The notes beneath the pieces are model-generated. The model did not search any database. It was not told the origin of the DNA and saw only the letters and a program-made list of their open reading frames with translations. Shown here piece after piece: positions 55,680-64,000 of a stretch of DNA of 64,000 nucleotides. A program made the translations under genes and the position numbers. The stretch's first letter is position 1, and each line of letters opens with the position of its first letter. Origin of the DNA: the human T2T-CHM13v2.0 reference genome, Homo sapiens; NCBI RefSeq assembly GCF_009914755.1, contig NC_060927.1. One strand, given 5' to 3'.

Positions 55680-56800
55680 CATTTTTTTTAATTGAAGTGA
55701 AATTTACATATATTGAGATGCATGGATTTTGGGTCACAGATAAATGTATTTTGGTAAGTGTATACACCTGTGTACTCAACACAGTTCTCAGGATATAGGA
55801 CATTGCTGCCACTCCAGAGGGTTTTCTCATGTTTCTTTCCAGTTAACCCTCTTAGGCAATTGCTGTCCTGATTTCTATCACCATGAATTGGATGTACCTG
55901 TTGTGGAACATCAAATAAATGGAACTACACAATAAGTACTTTCAGGGGCTAGCTGCTTTCACTCAACATCATGTGTATGAAACTCATCCATGTAGGGCTT
56001 GTCGCAGTAGCTTCTTCCTTTTTTATATTTATTTATTTATTTAGAGACGGAGTCTTGCTCTTTCGCCAGGCTGGAGTGCAGTGGCGCGATCTCGGCTCAC
56101 TGCAACCTCCGCCCCTGTGTTCAAGCGATTCTCATGCCTCAGCCTCCCAAGTAGCTGGGATTACAGGCATGTGCCACCACACCCAGCTAATTTTTGTATT
56201 TTTAGTAGAGATGGGGTTTCACTATGTTGGCCAGGCTGGTCTTGATCTGCTGACCTCGTGATCCGCCGGCCTCGGCCTCCCAAAGTGTTGGGATTACAGG
56301 CATGAGCCACTGTGCCCAGCCAGCTGCTTCCTTTTTATTACTGAGCGATATTCCATAGTATGAATATGTCACAATTTGTTTATCCATCCTCCTGAGGTAG
56401 ACGTTGGGTTGTTTCTACTTTTGGCTGTTATGAATAAGGCTGCTATGAACATTCTTGAGCAAGTCTTTCTGTGGGCATATTTTCATTTCTCACAGATTAA
56501 TAGCTAGGAGGGGAATGGTGGATCATAAGGCAGGTGTTGTTTAACTTCATAAGAGACTAACAAACTGTCCTCCAAAATGAATCTATCATTTTCTACTCCT
56601 ACCAGCAATATTTGATTATTTGAGCTGCTTTATATCCTCAAAACATTAGGCTTTTCAATGCTTTTGCTTTCGGGAATGCTATTTCCCTGATGACTTACGA
56701 AGTTGAGCACTTCACATGCTCAGGGGCCATTGGTGCATATTATTCGATGAAGCATCTGTTCAAGTCTTTTGCCCATTTAAAAACAGTCTTATGGTTTATT
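55680..56800 (-). mobile_element. L1M (MB/ME-like) 3' fragment hosting an Alu
   Basis: attgaagtgaaatttacata...ggctgttatgaataaggctgctatgaacattc. Confidence 0.8.
56019..56321 (-). mobile_element. AluS
   Basis: Antisense dimer with (TTTA)n tail. Confidence 0.94.
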
Positions 56801-57169
56801 TGTACTTTCTGTTAACTTTTTTTTAAAACTAATGAATAGGAGTAAAATATTCTATAAGTCAACTTTTCTTAACTCATTTGTGCTGCTGAGCTACACATAA
56901 TGCAATTCCAAGATGGGATTCTCCTCGTTCTGAGCTAACATGTTTGCTAGATGTCCAGTGACTGGAGAAGGGAACTTCCCTGGAGAATCTCTGGCAGGCA
57001 GGATGGCGGTCATGGTGCATCTTTGGTTGGTACTATTTCATCTTAAATCTCCCTGGAGAACACTGGATTTAACATTGTCCATGTACTTCCTTCTAGCTCA
57101 TTGAATACGTTGATATGAGGTCAAATATATAAAAATTGAATTTATCATATGCTATTGAGATAACTTAAT

Positions 57170-57740
57170 AAAGGTATTGCCTTCCTATCCAGCATCTATT
57201 TCTCCCCATCCTTCCTACTTCTTACTTTGTTCAGTTTCCATCTCCTTCTTCACCCAGCCAGTCATTGCAGTAACAGTGGACATCACCCCAAGATCTAGGC
57301 TAGGCCTCAACGGTCTGAAATTAATCCCATTCCTGTTTGCAGTGATTATCTTAGGATGGGCACATGAACCAGTTCTGGCCATGAGATGTAAGTCCCAATC
57401 TGTTGAGGGCTTTGGGGAAATTTTTCCTCCTTCTAAAGAGAACAGCTTAGGAAAATAACTCTTTTCTTCCTAAGGACTTTGTTTTGTCCAGATGTGATGT
57501 CTGGAATCATTCGATGTATCTCACTATCAGTCCAAAGATGAAACTGACCCTGATGACTACACAGCAGAGAGATTTTTTTAAATCAGGGTTTTGACACCAA
57601 CATTCAGCTACTAAATCAACTAATCCTGAAGGTTCCTTCTACCTCTGGACTCCAAGTTTCAGTAAGTCAATAAATTTTCTTATTGATTAAACTAGTGAAG
57701 GTTGTATTTCTAATATCTGCAGCTAATAACCTAATACAAA
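57170..57740 (+). mobile_element. Old MaLR LTR (MLT1J/K-like)
   Basis: gggcacatgaaccagttctggccatgagatgtaag...ctacctctggact...tctgcagctaataacctaataca. Confidence 0.6.
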
Positions 57741-57939
57741 TGCTGTGCATGCATGTTATTCTTTTAATCCTTTTATTGAACTATTTAACATTTTTAATGA
57801 AGTATATTGCATATTATAGCATTCACCCTTTTAAAGTGTACAGTTCAATTTTTCAGTATTAATATATTCACAAGGTTGTGCAACCTCCACCACTACCTAA
57901 TTCCAGAACATTTTCTTCACCCAAAAGGAAACCTCATAA

Positions 57940-58445
<506 letters not shown>

Positions 58446-59077
58446 TATTGCTACATTTTGTGTATCCATTCATCAGTTGGTGGACATCTGAGTTATTTCT
58501 GCTCTTTAGCTCTTATAAATAATGCCATTATGAACATTCGTGTACAAGTGTTTTTGTGAACATATGCTTTCAATTCTCTTGGGTATATACCTAGGAGCAG
58601 AATTGTTGGGTCATACGATAATTCTATGTGTAACTTTTGGAGAACTCTTCTACAGCAGCTGCACCATCTTACATTCCCAGGAGCAATGTATAACAGTTCC
58701 ACATTCTCCACATCCTTGCCAGCATGCATTGTTGATGTTTTGTTTCTTTGATTGTAGCCATCATAGTATATCATAGTATTGTAGTACATCATAGTAGGTG
58801 TGACATGGTATCTCATGTTTTTGATTTGTATTTCCCCAATGATTAATAATGTTAAGCATATTTTCATGTGTTTATTGGCTGTTTGTTTATCTTCTTTGGA
58901 GAAATGGCTATTCAAAGCCTTGTCTATTTTTAAAATGGGTTACGTGTTTTTATGATTGAGTTGTAAAAGTTCTTTATGTTCTAGATACTAGAATATATGA
59001 TTTGCAAATATTTCTCCCATTCTGCATGTTTTATTTTCACGTCTTTGATAGTGTCCTTTGAAGCACAAAAGTTTTTA

Positions 59078-59370
59078 ATTTTTTTTTTAATTGAGATAGA
59101 GTCTTGCTCTATCACTTAGGCTGGAGCGCAGTGGCATGATCTCAGCTCACTACAACCTCCGCCTCCTGGGTTCAAGCGATTCTCCTGCCTCAGCCTCCTG
59201 AGTAGCTGAGGCTACAGGTGCGTGCCACCATTCCGGGCTAATTTTTTGTATTTTTAGTAGAGACGGGGTTTCACCATGTTAGCCAGGATGGTCTCCATCC
59301 GACCTCGTGATCCGCCCGCCTCAGCCTCCCAAAGTGCTGGGATTACAGGAGTGAGCCACCGTGCCCAGCC
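59078..59370 (-). mobile_element. AluS (Sc-like)
   Basis: Antisense dimer with gttagccaggatggtctc. Confidence 0.94.
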
Positions 59371-60257
59371 TTAGTTTTTAATTTTTAAATAATTCCAGCT
59401 TATTTATGTTTTATTTTGTTGCTTGTGCTTTTGGTGTCATATAGGAAACCGATGTCTAGTCCAATGTCATGAAGATTAATACCTGCTTCTTTTAAGAGTT
59501 TTATGGTTTTAGCTCTTACACTTAGGTTTATGATCTATTTTGATCTAATTCATATATGGTATGAGGTAGGATCATTCTTTTGCCTACAGCTGTTCAGTTC
59601 TCCCAGTAGCTTATATTGAAAAGACTTCTTTTCCCATTGAATTTTCTTGGCTCCCTGTTGAAGATCAATTAATCTAAATGTGGGGCAGTATTCTGGATTC
59701 TCGGTTCTATCTCATTGATTTACATGTCTATGCCTATGCCAGTAACATGTAATCTTGGCTATTGTCATTTTGAAGTAAGTTTTGAAATTAGGAAGTGCAA
59801 TTTATCCAACTTTGTTCTTTTTCAAGACTTTTTTTGGCGAATCTTCATCTCTTGCATTTTCATATGAATTTTAGGATCAGCTTGTCAGTTTTTTGCAAAA
59901 AAAAAAAAAACAGGCAGCTATAATTTTGATAGGGAATGCATTGAATCTGTGAATAAATTTGGGCAATATTACCGTCTTTACAATACTAAGCCCTCCAAAC
60001 CATAAACACACATGTCTTTCCACTTATTTAGGTATTCCTTAATTGCTTTCAAAAACGCTTTGTAATTTTCTGTGTACAAGGCTTTTGCCTCTTTTGTTAA
60101 ATATATTAAGTATTTTAATCTTTTTATTATAAATGGAATTGTTTTTTATTTTCATTTTTGGGTTTTTGTTACTAGCATATAGAAGCACAGTTGATTTTTG
60201 ATATATTTTATATTGATCTCATATCCTGAAACCTCCCTGAATTCATTTATTAGCCCT

Positions 60258-60490
60258 AGTTTCTTTCTTTCTTTCTTCCTTCCTTTCTTCCTTCGTTCCT
60301 CTCTTTCTTCCTTCCTTCTTTTCTTTCTCTTTCTTTATTTCTTCCTTCCTTCCCTCCTTCCTTTCTTTCTTTCTTTTCTTCCTTGATGACAGAATTTTCT
60401 ATATACAAGGTCATGTCTTCTGCAAATAGGGATAGTGTCCTTCCTTCCATTCTTCCTTCCTTCCTTTTTCTTTCTTTCTTTCTTTTCCAT
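60258..60490. repeat. (CTTT/CCTT)n polypyrimidine tracts (about 60258-60382 and 60438-60490)
   Basis: Read directly from the sequence. Confidence 0.9.
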
Positions 60491-61085
60491 CCATCTTTCT
60501 GGGTGCCTTTTATTTATTTTTCTTGCCTAATTTTCCTGGTTAGAACCTGTAGCACACTGTAGAATAGAAGTCGTGAGGGCAAACACCCTTGTCTTGTTCA
60601 TGAACTTGGGAGAAAGCTTTCAGTCTTTACCAATAAGTATACGGTTAGCTGTGATTTTTTTTAATCAATGCCCTTTATCAAGGTATGTTCATTTCTATTC
60701 CTAATATATTTTTCTTTTTAGAATGCAGGGGTATTTGATTTTGTCAAATATTTTTTCTGCATCTATTGAGATGATCCTGTGATTTTTTTATTCTATTAAT
60801 ATTTATTCTATTCTACTTTTATTGTTTTTATTATGTTGGTAATCTATTGGTTGATTGTCAGATGTTGAACTAACCTTGCATTCCTGGAATAAATACCACT
60901 TTGCTATAATGTATAATCCTTTTTATAGGTTGCTGGATTCTGCTTACTTGTATTTTGTTGAAGATTTTGCATTAATATTCACAAGAGTTGTTGGTCTGTA
61001 GCTTTCTTTTCTTTTTTTACCCTTTGACTAGCATTTTCCCAACCCCCAACCCCTGGTAACCACCATTCATTCTCTACTTTTATGA

Positions 61086-61403
<318 letters not shown>

Positions 61404-61641
61404 TGAGTTCAACTTTTTTAGATTCCACATATAAGTGAGAACATGCAGTATTTGTCTTCTGGTGCCTGGTCTATTTTATTTAACATAATATCCTCCAGGT
61501 TCATCTATGTTACCACAAATAATAGGATTTCCTTCTTTTGTAAGACTGAATAATATTCCACTATGTGTATAGACCACATTTTCTTTACCCATTCATCTGT
61601 TGATAGACACTTAGTTTGATTCCCTATTTTGGCTACAGTGA

Positions 61642-62067
<426 letters not shown>

Positions 62068-62352
62068 CCTCAATTTTTAATTTCTTGAGGAACCTCCATT
62101 TTATTTTCCCTAATGGTTGTACTAATTCACATTCCTACCAACAGTGTGCAAGAGTTATCTTTTCTCTACAACCTTGCCAACACTTGTTGTCTTTGGTCTT
62201 TTTGATAACAACCATTCTTACAGGTGTGAGGTGATATCTCATTGCAGTTTAAATTTGCATTTCTCTGATAATTAGTGATTTTGAGCATTTTTTTAAATAT
62301 AACTGCTCATCGTTTATATGTCTTTTTTGAAGATATATCTATTCAGATCCTT

Positions 62353-62356
<4 letters not shown>

Positions 62357-62385
<29 letters not shown>

Positions 62386-62680
62386 GAGGCAGAGTCTTGC
62401 TGTCTCGTCCAGGCTGGAGTACAGTGGTGTGATCTTGGCTCACTGCAAGCTCCCCTTCCCGAGTTCACGCCATTCTCGTGCCTCAGTCTCCCAAGTAGCT
62501 GGGAGGGACTACAGGTGCCTGCCACCATGCCCAGCTAATTTTTTGTGTTTTTAGTAGAGACGGGGTTTCACCGTGTTAGCCAGGATGGTCTTGATCTCTT
62601 GACCTCGTGATCCACCTGCCTCAGCCTCCCAAAGTGCTAGGATTACAGGCATGAGCCACCACACCCAGCCCTTTTGCCCA
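62357..62680 (-). mobile_element. AluY-like
   Basis: Long poly(T), ctgcaagctcc, gttcacgccattct. Confidence 0.92.
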
Positions 62681-62903
62681 TTTTTTAATCAAACTTTTTT
62701 TGTTACTGTTGAGTTGTTTGAGTTCCTTGTGTATTTGGATATCAACCCCTTATCAGATATGTGGTTTGCAAATATTTTCTCCCATTCTGTAGATTGTCTC
62801 TTTATTCTGTTGACTGTTTCCTTGGCTATGCTGAAGATTTCTACTTTGACGTAACTTTATTTCTCTATCTTTATTTTGTTGTCTAGGCTTTTGGGTTCAT
62901 ATC

Positions 62904-63302
62904 TGTGATGGTTAATATTGAGTGTCAACTAGATTGAATTGAAGGATGCGAAGTATTTTTCCTGGGTGTGTCTGTGAGGGTGTTGCCTTCATCTTTCTCC
63001 CGTGCTGGATGCCTCCTGCCCTCGAACATCAGACTCCAAGTTCTTCAGTTTTTGGATTCTTGGACTGGGGCTCTCGGGCCTTTGACCACAGACTGAAGGC
63101 TGAACTGTGGGCTTCCCTACTTTTGAGGTTTTGGGACTCAAACTGATCTACTACTGGCGTTCTTGCTCCTCAACTTGCAGATGTCCTATCGTGGGACTTT
63201 ACCACTTTACCTGATTGTGTGAGCCAATTCTCCTTAATAAACTCCCTTTGATATATACATATATCCTTAGTTCTGTCCCTGTAAAGAACCGTGACTAATA
63301 CA
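62904..63302 (+). mobile_element. MLT2A (HERV-L) solo LTR, apparently with an internal deletion
   Basis: Runs from tgtgatggttaatattgagtgtcaact to gactaataca. 5-bp TSD ATATC/ATATC. Confidence 0.9.
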
Positions 63303-63827
63303 ATATCCAGAAGATCATTACCCAGATCTAAATTTTCCTCTGTGATTGATTGTTGTATATGGTATAAGGGTCTAATTTCATTCTTCTGCATGTGGATATC
63401 CAGTTGTCCGAACATCATTTATTGAAGAGACTAGCCTTTTCCTATGGTGTGATCTTGGCACCTTTGTTGCAAATTGATTTACCATAAATGTGTGGATTTA
63501 TTTCTATGTTCTCTATTATGTTCCACTGAGCTATATGTTTGTTATTATGCAAGTACCATGCTATTTTGATTATTATAGCTTTGTAGTATATTTTGAAGTT
63601 AGGTAGTGTGATGCTTTCAGCTTTGTTCTTTTTGCTCAAGATTACTTTGGCTCTTTGGGGGTTTTTATGTTTCCATATAAATTTTAGGATTATTTTTCTA
63701 TATTTGTAAAAAACATCATTGGAATTTTAATAGAGATTGCATTGAATCTGTAGATCACTTTAGGTAGTAATCCATAAACCTGGGATATGTTTTCATTTTT
63801 TGCATCATCTTTAATTTCTTTCATCGA

Positions 63828-64000
63828 TTTTGTTTTGTTTTGTAAGAGACAGGGTCTCACTATGTTGCCCAGGCTGGAATGCAGTGGCTATTCACAGGCA
63901 CGATCATAGCACACCACATGGCCTTGAACTCCTAGGCCCAAGTGATTCTCCTGCATCAAGTCCTTAGTAGCTGGGACTACAGATGCGTGCCACCACATCC
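63828..64000 (-). mobile_element. AluJ-like, partial at the window edge
   Basis: gagacagggtctcactatgttgcccaggctgg...gctgggactacag. Confidence 0.85.

Overview
This is primate (human-like) non-coding genomic DNA, dominated by transposable elements. I found no protein-coding gene, RNA gene or CRISPR array that I can support; the supplied ORFs mostly fall in Alu, LTR, L1 or simple-repeat sequence, and the rest encode no protein I recognise. The standout feature is a dense set of class I (ERV1) insertions. Five independent ERV9/LTR12-family solo LTRs lie within about 34 kb (19670-53765), each with its own 4-bp target-site duplication (TSD). There is also a roughly 9.9-kb two-LTR MER4-group (MER66-like) provirus carrying nested insertions, plus solo MER50, MER52, LTR27-like, LTR8-like and MER34-like LTRs. 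Other notable items: a consensus CTCF site in a CpG-rich patch just upstream of the first LTR12C, a gained GTAAGT splice donor in that LTR12C, an RFX X-box, and a 12-copy 35/31-bp minisatellite that arose inside a MER58A transposon. From about 55.7 kb the window becomes antisense L1M sequence studded with co-oriented Alus. Repeat subfamily names come from recalled consensus features, not from a RepeatMasker run. Boundaries without a stated TSD are approximate.
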